The notes under the pieces were generated by a model that made no database searches, was not told the DNA's origin, and saw nothing but the letters and a program-made list of their open reading frames with translations. Positions 1 to 12,800 of a stretch of DNA of 64,000 nucleotides are shown piece by piece. The DNA comes from Bugula neritina (Eukaryota; Animalia; Bryozoa), in NCBI GenBank assembly GCA_964035545.1, contig OZ037770.1, positions 5,092,529 to 5,156,528 of the forward strand, in the 5' to 3' direction. The first letter of the stretch is position 1; each line of letters begins with the position of its first letter. Both the position numbers and the translations under genes were made by a program.

Positions 1-21
1 GAGCGAGTCAATCCGGCAGCT

Positions 22-830
22 ATGGAAGATGTCATAGGAGTCCCAGCGCTGCCTATGGACAGGTATCAATTTCGGGCTCCCATATATTCAGGAGAAGGGG
101 ATGTGGAGCAATTTATTACTGAGTTCAGTGATGTGGCAGCCATCTGTCAATGGCCTGCCACGGTTACTCTGATACAGTTGTGGTTATCCCTGACGGGGCC
201 AGACAAACCTTATGGGATGGGTCAGGATGTCGGCAACGTCTGTGATGCATTGAGAGCCCGGTTTTGGCTCACCGCTCGAGATGCGCGTGTGCAACTCCAA
301 GGACTTAGGAGGAATCCTAAGACTACTTTGAAAGAACACGCGACCGTAGTTGAGCAGCGAGCACAAATCACCTATGGCGACTTGCCTGCAAATGGCCAGC
401 AGAGTCTGGTACTGGATTTTTTCCTCCAGTCTAATAACAACTTCGGTTTGAAGCAACACCTGCTGGTAGCTGAGGTTGAGACGATGGAGAGAGATCTCAG
501 GCTTGGGAATGTTTAGTTTCAAGCCGATAGTATGTGTCGACCTAGAGCGACAGTACAGCAAGCAAGTTGAGGCCGATGTCGACATTTCGACGTCGTCGGC
601 CAAGTCGGCTGTACATGTCGCCACGGCGGCAGCCAACGAGCCAACTAGCTTGACCACAACCTTTGTTCGAGAGCTGCTAGCCGAGATCAGGCTTCTGCGC
701 CAACAGTCGACAGCTGAGCAACCCACCAGGTTGACGACAGCTGTCGCCGGAAAGCAAGCCCCAGTATGCTGAGCACTTTGTACAATGCTGCCTCCATGAT
801 ATAAGGAGGCAGTTAAATGACAACGGCCTA
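22..830 (+). pseudogene. gag: Gypsy gag (disrupted)
   Basis: MDRYQFRAPIYSGEGDVEQFITEF... matches 60370..60570 and 59779..60336. Stop at 514-516; zinc knuckle partly deleted. Confidence 0.85.
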
Positions 831-1044
831 CCGTAGACTCCAGCAACCGTGGGCCTCAGTTTAACCCTCTGAGGCCGAGGCCAAAGCCCAAACCCAATAG
901 GGTAAAGATGCCGCCTTTGCCAGAGTAGCAAGTCCCACGGAGAGTTAGCTGGCCGCAAGGCTTGCGGAAACCTCCGGCTTGGACACTCAAAAACTGCTTT
1001 GGAGGCCTGCCTGAGGCGGGGGTGTACGACGAGTGGAAGCATGA

Positions 1045-3639
1045 CCCTTTTCCTAGCATCGATAAGTCACCAGATGCCTTAGCTGGTAGCAAGTTCTTCA
1101 TTACGCTGGACTTGCTAAGCGGGCATTGGCAGGTGCCCCTGAGTCCCGATGCCCCGGACAAAGCAGCATTCATTACTCGCGACAGGCTCTGAAAGTGGAA
1201 ATTACTGCCATTTAGACTAACATTCGCCCCGGCAACTTTCCAAAGGCTCATGGAGAAGGTCCTCAGTGGATTACACTGGAAGACCCTCCTCAGATATCTG
1301 GACGACGTCATTGTAATCTCCCCAGACTTTTCAACTCATGTCAGTTGTCTGTGGGAGGTTTTTGACCGTCTCCGGACAGCTGGACAGAAGCTGAAGCCCT
1401 CCAAATCTGCACTCCTGCAGCCGGAAGTCATGTACCTGGGCCATGTGGTTGGCCTGACGGGGTTGCTACTGACCCGGAGAAGGTACAGGAGGTAAAGGAG
1501 TGGGCTGTTCCCCGTGACCTCCCTGAGTTGCGAGCATTCCTGGGCCTAGTAGGGTACTACCGGCAGTACATACCTGGCTTTGCAGGGGTGGCTCAGCCGT
1601 TAAATCGGCTGACCACAAAGGGGGTCCGGTGGCAGTGGACACAGGAGGAGCAGCAGGCATTTGACCACCTCAGGCAAGGGCTAATGGAGGCGCCAATTCT
1701 GGCGTATCCTGATCCAGCCAAAGAATACATCCTGGACACCGACGCCAGCGACCACAGTGTGAGAGCTGTTCTGTCTCAAGTTTAGGGTAGAAGTGAGGTA
1801 GTCATGGCTTACTACAGCAAGACTCTCGCAGCCGCCGAGAAGAACTACTGCACCACTAGGAAGGAACTCCTAGCAGTAGTCAAGGCGGTCAAGCACTTTC
1901 GGCCATATCTGTATGGGAGATCGTCCCGGTTGCGAACAGACCATGCATCACTGATATGGCTGTGTAAACGTGCAGAGCCCTTTAGCCAGGGGGCTCGTTG
2001 GCTAGAAATTCTTGTTGAGTTCTCTTACCGGATAAAGCACCGTGCAGGCCGGAAGCATGGGAATGCCGACGGCATGAGCCACCGGCCGGTAGAGGACTGT
2101 AAGCAATGCCTGCACATTAAGAAGCGGAATTGGGGACCAGCTCGCCTTGACGTGGAAACAAAGTTAGAGGAGGGCGCCGTCTACTGGTGAGAGCATAGCC
2201 ATCATCAGACCGAAACCCACCTAGACGACGTCCAAGCGCTCCATGCCAACCCCACTTTGTACCAGAATGTCAAGGAGTTGTGCTGACCCCAGGAGACGCT
2301 ACTGGGCGCGGTAGAGGACATATTCCGGGGCAAGAAGAAAGGCCGACAACCTAGCGAGGACCAGCAGCGGCAGGGAGACGCTGAGTTCCAACTCCTCTGT
2401 TGCCGCTGGGATTCCCTCAAGGTCAGTCCTGATGGCCTCCTCATGATAATGCTAGCAGCAGACAACCGTCAGCAGGAGAGAGACCGCGTCATCTGCCCAC
2501 GCGCCCTCCGACGGGAACTGATTTAAGACACCCATAAACAGGCTCATTCTTGAGTCAGTCAAGTCATCAGGTGTCTGCAGCTGCGTTGGTATTGGCTTGA
2601 AATGACTCGAGACGTACGACTGGGGTTACGTCAATGCAAGGTCTGCCAAACTAGCAAGCATGGCCGCCCCACAGAAACCACTGGTCAACGCCGGCTATAC
2701 GCTGGTCGACCGTGGCAAGTAGTGGTGGTAGACCTCGTCAGGCCTATGCCATTATTTGCCAAAGGCAACACCTGGATAGTGGTGCTCATGGACCACTTTA
2801 CCCGGTGGTTAGATGCTCTAACTATTCCAGATGCAACAGCCCCTACGGTGGCCCGGATCCTGGATCAAAATGTGTTCTGTTACCCCGGGTTACCCAAGCA
2901 GATACATACGGACCAGGGTGCCCAGTTTTGGTCCCAGCTGATGGGAAACCTTTGCTGAATATGGGGGGTGAACCAGAGTCGGACCACCCCATATCACCAG
3001 CAAGAGAACGGATTCGTCGAGCGGAACAACAGAATGTTGGGTGACGCCCTGAGGAGCCTGCTCCTCGGTCGGGGTCAGGAAGAATGGGACGTGGTGCTCC
3101 CGCAAATCATGCGGGCTTACCGCAGCACACCACACTCCGCCACGCAGGAGATCCCAAATTTTCTGATGCTGGGCCGAGAGACGGGAGTTCCGGAACACCT
3201 GACATACCATGTTCCCGCCCCTGAGTTACGGGTACATGAAAAAGTGGGGGGTCTGATAAAAATCATTGGCAAAGCTCATGATGCACTGCGTGCCCAGCAG
3301 TGGCAGACCCGCACGGAAGACTCAGAAGCGCTCCTGTTGTACCAGGTGGGAATCTGGGTCTGGATGGCGAGCTATTGCAGGCGGCGCGGACAGTGGGCTA
3401 AACTCCAGCCCAAGTTCGTCGGCCCCTACTGCGTAGTGGAGGTGCTGCCCAACAACACGTACCGTGTGGAGCGCTCTGGACAGGTTTCAGTCCAGAGCAA
3501 GCAGCACCTGAAACCTTACTATGCCAGCCCAGACGCGGTGGGTCAGACTCCACCCCTCCTGGAGCCCAACAGCCAGTCCAACCGTCGGGGACGGGCCACC
3601 CAGCCCCGAGAGGCGAAAATTGTTGCAGATCAGGAGTAG
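1045..3639 (+). pseudogene. pol: Gypsy pol (RT, RNase H, integrase), disrupted
   Basis: LDLLSGHWQV, PATFQRLME, YLDD, RAFLGLVGYYR, DTDAS, TDH, DHFTRW, TDQG, ERNNR and LQPKFVGPY motifs spread over several frames. Confidence 0.92.
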
Positions 3640-4195
3640 GCCGCCTTGCTGGAACAGCTGGAACAGCAGCAAAGAGAGGAGTGGCAGCAAGAGCAGCAAC
3701 AGGCCCGAGGGCCACCACCCTTTCTGAAAGAGGACAACCCCACCCACGTGATGGGTGAAGGCGGGGACCCCCCTACTATGGCAGCCGAGAAACCACTGGC
3801 ACCATCAAGGCCTGCTTCGACTGATAGGAGCCAGCGGTCGCGAAGACCCCCCAGATACCTGACAGACTTTGCTGTAGGGCATCTAGAGTCACCCCCTCAT
3901 GATGGTAATCTATCCAGTCTGAATGACTACCATATCTTAGTCGGAAATTCCCTCCATTACCCCGGAAAATTCCACCAAGAAGAAAAAATTTCAGACTGAA
4001 TTTCGGAGGGCATGCGATCGCACGAGTTGTCTTTTCGAAATCCGGTGGAAATTCCCAACAGGTCACGTAACACGGGCTTCGGCAAGTAATAACTCTGAAG
4101 CACGAGGTTCAGCCATTTCTACTTCTGACACCACGCAGTTAGCACGCAATTCAAAAGTTAAATTAAATTCCAACTTTGACACTTCAAAAGTTAAT

Positions 4196-5389
4196 TTGAA
4201 CTCCATTCTTAATACGCTATCATCAGTCATGGGAATTACGTTACCAGAAGCTCAATCAGGTACTCCTTTAAGGTTAGATCCTCCGTGTACGGAGTCTAAT
4301 CGATCTGATATAGACTGGTCAATATTAGATTCATTAGCATCTAATTTTTTGAAACCTGAGGCCGAGATAGATCTCGGAGATGACCCTGCCCTCGACTTCT
4401 TGTTAGATCGAGACGTGGGCTCGGTCACTCTCTGTGACTCTTCTCGACCCCCAGTTTGTAACTTGGCTACATACAAACGTATGCCAAATTTTGGCAATAG
4501 TGAGACCGGCTTATCACAGCCTCTACTATCTGTTTTAAAGAAACGTATGGAAACCGAGGAGGTCAGTCAAACCGACTCCTCTCCCCCACCGGTTTCTGTT
4601 CCGGCTCTCCGCAGCCAAAAGGACGCCACTTCCTCTTCCGAGGTGTGTTTCACCAGCGTTAGTGGCCCTGATCCCAAACCGGTCGAGCTCCAGCTCGCCG
4701 CCGGGGAGGAGCACGGCATTCTACACGGTGACCACCCCACAGGCGGAGACGAAGAGGATGCCCCAATACTGGCTCTGCCTCGGGCCCTGGTCGCCCGCCA
4801 GTATTGGATATCCGGAGCTACCAATCTTAAGATTGGTCAGGCATGCGATGAGCCGGGCAACCGCATCTGCCATCAGGGTCAGAAGAAATTTTCCTCCGCA
4901 CTGCGATTGCGGGTTCACGCCCCTCAGCACTACATTAATGTGTTTTGCCCGTGTGGTGAGTTTTTGTACCAGCGGGATTATGTGCTAAGGCACCAGCGCA
5001 TATCTCGCTCCTACATGGGCTACAAATTTGCTGTAGACCAGGCTGCCTTTCACGAATTTCGGGACCTGGTGTTGCCACACGTAGCGGATTCCCATATGCG
5101 AGCTGCTCTTGCCCAGGGATTTCCCGCGTGTCGGCCTGTTCAGGAAGAAGAGGGGGAGCCCGTCGCAACACCCCAACCGGCAGCCACCCAACCACTTCGG
5201 GTCGTGCTGGCACGGGTCCGATCAGACGCCAAGGCCGATTCCTCGGACCTGGTTCCCCGACCCTTGGCGACGGGCAAGAAGCAGAGGCGACAGACCAGCC
5301 GTAGTACTACTGACCGCCCCAGGCGTCAGACGACGGCTCAGCTGGACGAGGAGGTGCATAACTATGTAACTAGCTGCCACAAATGCTGA
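4196..5389 (+). CDS. Accessory ORF downstream of pol with C2H2-like zinc-finger pair
   Basis: 397-aa ORF; RICHQGQKKFSSALRLRVHAPQHYINVFCPCGEFLYQRDYVLRHQR is homologous to 13058..13507(-) in copy 2. Confidence 0.65.
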   Translation: MNSILNTLSSVMGITLPEAQSGTPLRLDPPCTESNRSDIDWSILDSLASNFLKPEAEIDLGDDPALDFLLDRDVGSVTLCDSSRPPVCNLATYKRMPNFGNSETGLSQPLLSVLKKRMETEEVSQTDSSPPPVSVPALRSQKDATSSSEVCFTSVSGPDPKPVELQLAAGEEHGILHGDHPTGGDEEDAPILALPRALVARQYWISGATNLKIGQACDEPGNRICHQGQKKFSSALRLRVHAPQHYINVFCPCGEFLYQRDYVLRHQRISRSYMGYKFAVDQAAFHEFRDLVLPHVADSHMRAALAQGFPACRPVQEEEGEPVATPQPAATQPLRVVLARVRSDAKADSSDLVPRPLATGKKQRRQTSRSTTDRPRRQTTAQLDEEVHNYVTSCHKC

Positions 5390-5438
5390 TATCTGCCTCC
5401 GACACAATTGGTTTCATTCGATTTAACCGAAGGAACCA

Positions 5439-5578
5439 TTTCCATAATGCGCATAACGCGAAGGAAATTTTTCATCGAAGGAACCGTTCGGTGTAATTTC
5501 CGGCTGCGGTTTTGCTTCGATGCAACTGGTTCCATAGAGCGAATGAGAAAATCCATTCGCATAATGCGATAATGGAAA
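5439..5578. repeat. Short imperfect inverted repeat, probable MITE fragment
   Basis: tttccataatgcgcataacgcga (5439-5461) pairs imperfectly with tcgcataatgcgataatggaaa (5557-5578). Confidence 0.35.
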
Positions 5579-6084
5579 CGCAGTGTGTGTGTTAAACCAC
5601 TACTATTGAATGCTGTCACACTGTTATATTTAATTACCTTTTTGTATACAATTATATATGTGGCTGTATCTAGCTTTGTTTATCCCACTATATAGGTGAT
5701 TGAAATATTCCAAAAATTCCTTCGATATGAGTTCTTTGCATTTTCCAGAAACTGTATCAAGTCAAATAAAAACCATCACTATCTGTTTAAGTCACAACTT
5801 ATTCAACTTTAAAGTGTTAGATGCAAAGAAATAATTGTAATGAATATATATTTATATATAATAAATTATATAAATGCCTGAGAAAGTTATCAAAGCCCCT
5901 GAATTAAATATGGTGACTTGATGTTTTGTTCAGACTTTTCTGAGAAAATTTATGTATACTACAATACTGAAAAATAACAGGTGACCATATTTTATTACTT
6001 CATGTATAATAAATGTTTTAGATGGAGTTGCTACACCTTAGTTGATACTTATTACCAAGAAAGAGACTCTACTATTTGGTAACC

Positions 6085-6800
6085 ATGGCAACAGCTGGTG
6101 AGTGAAATTGAATACTATTTTATTCACTTATTTCTTGAAAAGTAGTAATATTTAAACTCTAAAGATATGTTGATATTATGCCACCACCATTTAATATAAA
6201 TATATAAAACTATTTTATTATCACTACTTCCTATAATACTGTTTTATGTCACCATGCAAATAAGCGTAATACTGTGTCACCTATTAGTGTATTACTTCGA
6301 AAATAATACAATAGATAAAATTATGCAAGCAGTTGGGTTGAAGTTGTTTTATCTCAACACAATAAACACTGAACTATAAGCTATACATAAAGTGATTGGT
6401 TAAAAAAAATATAAAGCTATCTAATAAAATATATGTTAGTCATTGTTATGATTACTGAAATCCACCATATAATGAATCTATTCAATCAGTAGATGACAGG
6501 TGTCAGAATGATAGACACCACCTGCTAGCACTGTGTAATAATCACACTGTTACTGTATTATGTTACAGATAATATGAGAATATGGTTCAGACATTCTGGA
6601 CAGCCTTCTAAGAGCTTGTCAGATGTAGACAAAGCTTATACCAAGCCATATACTACTGCTGAGGTGAAACGTGAAGTTGGGAGTTATCATATCACAGATC
6701 TGGAAGTGGAAGGGGAAATTCCAAGTAACATTGGAGAGATTGCTGGTAGAGCCCTGTGTCTATATGTTTTTAAACTGAGTGACGGAGCAAGTCTAGACAA
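6085..6800 (+). CDS. ROCO-caspase exons 1-2 (start and N-terminal cap)
   Basis: ACCATGG start context at 6085, donor gtgagt at 6098, acceptor ttacag ending 6568, donor gtgagt at 6801 (phase 2, matching the LRR exons). Reads MATADNMRIWFRHSG...GASLD. Confidence 0.7.
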
Positions 6801-9800
6801 GTGAGTGTCTATTAAAATAGCTGTGGAAATGATAAATGAATTCAATTGTGTTATTTATTAAATGATAATTGATAATAGATGCTGAAGTTAAAGCATCTTT
6901 TTGCTCATAATATATTCATACAATATAATATACATCAACATAGTAATATGTGCAACATTGTATGTAATCCAATTAAGCTTATAGTTGTAGAAACTAGGAA
7001 ATGTAAAACTGCCTCTACTGCTACTTCATAATATTGAATAAGTCATGTTTTATGTATATATAGCTAAAAGCTGGAGTAATGTACAGTTTATAATATATTA
7101 TACAGAAGACTATGTTATGTCATCAACTGCAAATTTACAATCTTAAACATTAGTTAATATATTAATTTACAGAGCATTGTAGAGTGAGGCCTTATGTACT
7201 ATAAACTAACAGCTAACCTTGTATAATGAAACTTCCTCTCCTCACCTACAACATAATATAACTGAAACTCTTTGGTGTTTTTTGCATCAATATATCTGTT
7301 TCCTGCATGTTTTATGTTGAATACACAAGTAGTCCGATATAATGGTATATATTATTTTGATATATGACACACTTTATATCATGGTAAAAAACCTAAATAT
7401 GCATATTCTTTGAAGTTATCTAATAGCTTGTCCTAACGTATAAATAATACAGTTTAATGGCATGCCATTGTATATCCTCATATCACAGAACTTTTCATAA
7501 TCAATAATAAAACAGCCATCGGCAGTTTACTGGCAATCATGATAATAATTGAATCCTTCTTAGCTTCTTGCATCAATCACTTTGATTATCCATTACTCGA
7601 ATGAATTTGTTTTCTGCATTTTTTACCTGGCTGACTGTGCTTAGCAATATAACATGTACAGCGTATATTAATATGACACAGGAGACTACATATATTACAC
7701 ACTTTATATTACAGTCTATGCCAGCTGACTCAGTTAGAGAAACTAAACTTAAGTGGGAATCCTCTCAAGACAGTACCAGAAGTTGTGTCATTATTAACAT
7801 CACTTAAAGAGTTGTATATGTGGAGCTGTGATTTATCTACTCTACCTGAGAGGTTTGTGGAGCACAATCTTTTTTGTTTCTAACATTCAATGATTGACAT
7901 GTTGATATAATGCTTGCCAAGTATTGCTAATTAGTATGTCACTATGTATTGTTGAAAAGCATAAAGTTAAGTTACATATTTCTTGAGGCTATATAATATT
8001 AGAGTTTCTGAAAACTTGAAAATAATTAATTTTCAGTTTTCTGGCATTACATTTCCTATTACTATGAAACCTTCTCCAACAAATACTATAGCACTCGCTT
8101 ATAGTTTACTAGAATCTATTTCACATTAAATGCTTATTAGGTTTCGGTATTTCACTTTGAATTTGCTTTGTTGCAATAAATATGTTTCTTGGATATTTTA
8201 CTTGATTGAATACACAAGTAGTATATACTATTATCATGATACAGTGGTTTAAACACATAAAAAACTTTATATTACAGCCTGTGTAAGCTGACTCAGCTAG
8301 AGAAACTAAACATAGGATATAATCCTCTCAACACAGTACCAGAAGTTGTGTCATCACTTACATCACTTAAAGAGTTGGATATGTGGAACTGTAAATTATC
8401 TACTCTACCTGAGAGGTTTGTGGAACACAGTCTTTCTTGTTTCAAACACTCAATAATTCACATTTTGATATAATGCTTACCGAGTATTGGTAATTAGTAT
8501 GTCACTGTGTGTTGTTGAAAAGCATAGAGTTAAAAGTTACATATTTCTTGAGGCTATATGATATTAGAGTTTCTGAAAACTTGAAAATAAATAATATGTT
8601 TCAGTTATCTGGCATTACATTTCCTATTACTATGAAATCTTCTTCAACAAACACTATAGCACTCGCTTGTAGCTTACTAGAATCTATTTCACATTAAATG
8701 CTTATTAGGTTTCGGTATTTCACTTTGAATTTGCTTTGTTGCTATAAATATGTTTTTTGGATATTTTACTTGATTGAATACACAAGTAGTATATACTATT
8801 ATCATGATACAGTGGTTTAAACACATAACACACTTTATGTTACAGCCTGTGTAAGCTGACTCAGTTAGAGAAACAATACATGGGATGGAATCCTCTCAAC
8901 ACAGTACCAGAAGTTGTGTCATCACTCACATCAATTAAAGAGTTGGATATGTGGAGCTGTGAGTTATCTACTCTACCTGGGAGGTTTGTATTGCACAATA
9001 TTATCTCTGTTTCAAACATTTAATATTTCACTTCTTTAATGCTTATCAAGTAGTGTTATGCTAATTTATTATATATTGCCAACGTATGTTAAAAAACCTA
9101 AATATGCATTTTCGAACTTGTCCAATAGTTTGTCCTAAGGTGGAAATAATACAGCCTTATGGTATGCTATTGTATATCCTTATATCACAAGAACCTTTTG
9201 TAATGAATAATAAAACAGCCATCTGCAGTTTACTGGCAATCATGGTAATAATCGAATCTTTCTTAGCTTCTTGCGTCACGCATTTTGACTATCCATTACC
9301 GCAATGAATTTTTTTTTGCATTTTTTACCTGGCTGACTGTGCTTAGCAATATAACATGTATATTATCATGTGTATTATTATGACACAGTAGACTACATAT
9401 ATCATACCCTTTATAATTATTGCAGTCTATGCCAGCTGACTCAGTTAGAGAAACTAGACATAAGATGGAATCCTCTCAACACAATACCAGAAGTTGTGTC
9501 ATCACTCACATCACTTAAAGAGTTGAATATGAAGCACTGTGAATTATCTACTCTACCTGAAAGGTTTGTGGAACACAGTCTTTCTTGTTTCAAACACTCA
9601 ATAATTCACATGTTGATATAATGCTTACCAAATATTGCTATAATTAGTATGTCACTATGTATTGTTGAAAAGCATAAAGCTCTTAATCGCATATTCCTTG
9701 AGACTATATGATATTAGAATTTCTCAAAACTTAAAAATAAATATGTTTCAGTTTTCTGGCATTACATTTCCTATTGCTATAAAACCTTCTTCAACAAATA

Positions 9801-12800
9801 CTATAGCACCCACTTGTAGTTCACTAGAATCTAGTTCATGTTAAATGCTTTTTAGCTTTTGGTATTCTACTTTGAATTTGCCTTGTTGCAATAAAGTTAT
9901 TTCTTGGATATTTTACCTGATTGAATACACAAGTATGGTATAATATACAGTATATAATAATATCCTGATACAGTGGATTATATATATTATGCAGTCAATA
10001 TTACAGTCTATGTCAGCTGACTCAGTTAGAGAAACTATACATAGAAAAGAATCCTCTCAACACAGTACCAGAAGTTGTGTCATCACTCACATCACTTAAA
10101 GAGTTGGATATGAGGAACTGTGAATTATCTACTCTACCTGAGAGGTTTGTGGATCACAGTCTTTCTTGTTTCAAACACTCAATAATTCACATGTTGATAA
10201 AATGCTTACCAAGTATTGGGAATTAGTATGTCACTATGTATTGTTGAAAAGCATAAAGTTATAAATTACATATTTCTTGAGGCTATATTGAATTAGAGTT
10301 TCTCATTACTTGAAAATAAATATGTTTCAGTTATCTGTCATTACATTTCCTATCGCTATAAAACTTTTTTAACAAATATTATAGCATCCACTTGTAGTTT
10401 ACTATAGTGTGTATTTCTCATTAAATGGTTATTAGAGCCTTCTGTACTTTACTATGAATATGCCTTAGCGTAATAAATTTGCTATTTGGATATTTTACTT
10501 GATTGAATATGCAGTGTTTGTTATGATACAATAAATTAAATATATCACATACTTCTTATTACAGTCTATGTCAGCTGACTCAGTTAGAGAAACTAGACAT
10601 AGAAGGGAATCCTCTCAACACAGTACCAGAAGTTGTGTCATTACTCACATCACTTAAAGAGTTGAATATGGGGAGATGTAACTTATCTAATCTACCTGAG
10701 AGGTTTGTGTGCCACAACGAGTTTTATATATCACTTTTAACATCCAATAATTGTTATTTTGAAGCAGATTTCAACACAGTAAATACTACATTAAGATGTT
10801 TATACTTTTTCTCTGCAAACCTACATATGAATCTCATCGTTTCTGGGGATATTGTCAATTAGCACACTATCTAGAAGTTTCCTCTGCTTCACAAGTTATT
10901 TTATAGTATTTCTATATCTTTTTGAATATTTCCCATGATAGGTTGACTGGGCTGTTTTTCAGAAATCGTTTTATTAACTCTTTTCATTATATTATAACTA
11001 TAGCTACTTCTGTACACATAATATTATATTGTTATGGTAACGCAGTTTCTTATCACTGTCTAATTGAATGCACAAGTGCTATATACAGTACATAATATTA
11101 TCCTGATACAGTGGATTACATGTATTATGCACTTTATATTACAGTCTATGTCAGGTGACTCAGATAGAGAAACTAAACATAGGAGATAATCCTCTCTACA
11201 CAGTACCAGAAGTTGTGTCATCACTCACATCACTTAAAGAGTTGGATATGGAGAGCTGTGGATTACCTACTCTGCCTGAGAGGTTTGTGGAACACAGTCT
11301 TTTTTGTTTCAAAAACTGAATAATTCACATGTTTTTATAATGCTTACCAAGTGTTGTTAATTAATATGTCACTATGTATTGTTGAAAAGCATAAAGCTAT
11401 AAATTGAAAAATTTTCTTGAGTCTATATGATATTAGAGTTTCTAAACACTTGAAAATAAATATGTTTCAGTTATTAGGCATTACATTTCTCAATGCTATA
11501 AAGCCTTCTTCAACAAATACCATAGCATCCACTTGTAGTTTACTAGAATCTATTTCATGTTAAATGCTTATCAGCTTTCAGTATTTTACTTTGAATTTGC
11601 TTTATTGCAATAAGTTTGTTTCTTGGATATTTTACCTGATTGAATACACAAGTATAGTATATACAGTATATAATAATATCCTGATACAGTAGATTACATA
11701 TATTATGCACTTTATATTACAGTCTGTGTCAGCTGATTCAGTTAGAGAAACTAAACATAGCAAGGAATCTTCTCAAAACAGTACCAGAAGTTTTGTCATC
11801 ACTCACATCACTTAAAGATTTGAATATGGGGAAGTGTAAATTATCTACTCTACCTGAGAGGTTTGTTTGTCACTACAAATTTTATATCATTTTCAACATT
11901 CAATAATTATTATTTTGTAGCAGAATTTCATCACAGTAAATACTACATTAAGATGTTTATACTTTTTTTCTGCAAACCTCCATATGAATCTTACCGTTTC
12001 TGGGGATATTGTTAATTAGCACGCTATCTAGAAATTTCCCGACTTCACAAATAAATTTTTAGTCTTCCAATATCTTTTCTGAAATGCTTCCCATAATAGG
12101 TTGACTGGGCTTTTCTTCAGAAATCGTTTTATCAACTCTTTTCATTATATTATAATGATAGCTACTTCTGTACACATAATTGGTATATATTGTAGTAATT
12201 TTGGTAATTACTGGTTTTGTGGGCTTCTAGCGAGCAATATATTTATATTATCTTCCAATAATATCACGGCTTGTAACAGGAATGAATGATTTATTTATAC
12301 ACAATAAAAGTAGTAGCAAAACGATAAATCCGGTATCACTGGTAAAAATATACATCTATCTTACACTAACTAGCCATCATACTCTGAGTATGGCTGCTAT
12401 CTACATCCAGCGCCCTCTGCGCATCGCTGGGGCTCTCATGTGACAGATATATGATTGGCTGGGGAGCGCGTGGGATAACATACTACACTCCCCACTACAC
12501 TGCCTCTCCCAGCAGGAAGCCCACCTTCCTGATAATACCAAAATAAAAAATTAAAATAACAACAAAAAAACAATAAGATATCTGCATCACAAGATCAAAA
12601 AATGTATACTTAGGCCAACGGCCTATTAAAAAAAAAATCTTGTTAAAATATAAAAATTATGTACTATAAAACTAAGAGATTGTATATGTACCAAGAGCCT
12701 CTGGTCTGGCACCAAGAGATATGATGTGTAGAGAGACGGTAAGTGAGGCACAACCTGCGGCGCAGATCAGGAGGACAGCTGGATGGAGTTAGGGACGGGG

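Larger units (their letters stand above)
1..5389 (+). mobile_element. Degenerate Gypsy/Ty3 LTR retrotransposon (copy 1), internally deleted; no LTR identified in the window
   Basis: gag-like ORFs 22..772 are collinear with the gag of copy 3. Then RT (YLDD; 1045..1500), RNase H (DTDAS, NYCTTRKELLAVV), integrase (CKVC, VVVDL, IHTDQG, ERNNR) in RT-RH-IN order, with many stops/frameshifts and the protease deleted. Confidence 0.93.
7380..12190 (+). repeat. Tandem exon+intron duplication array, period 558-581 bp, 8 units
   Basis: Exon starts are spaced 563, 568, 580, 581, 558, 580 and 578 bp; intron sequences recur in three classes. Confidence 0.92.

Noticed and set aside
184-5213. Antisense ORFs over the Gypsy copies
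   Set aside because: Expected shadow ORFs of GC-rich coding sequence with no independent motifs.
8509-9844. Recurrent small ORFs (MLLKSIEL..., MLKNLNM...) in the LRR introns
   Set aside because: By-products of intron duplication; other copies carry stops or indels and show no recognisable domain.
7715-11860. Regularly spaced repeats as a CRISPR-like array
   Set aside because: The repeats are 138-bp coding exons with splice sites, the spacers are homologous introns, the context is eukaryotic and no cas genes are present.
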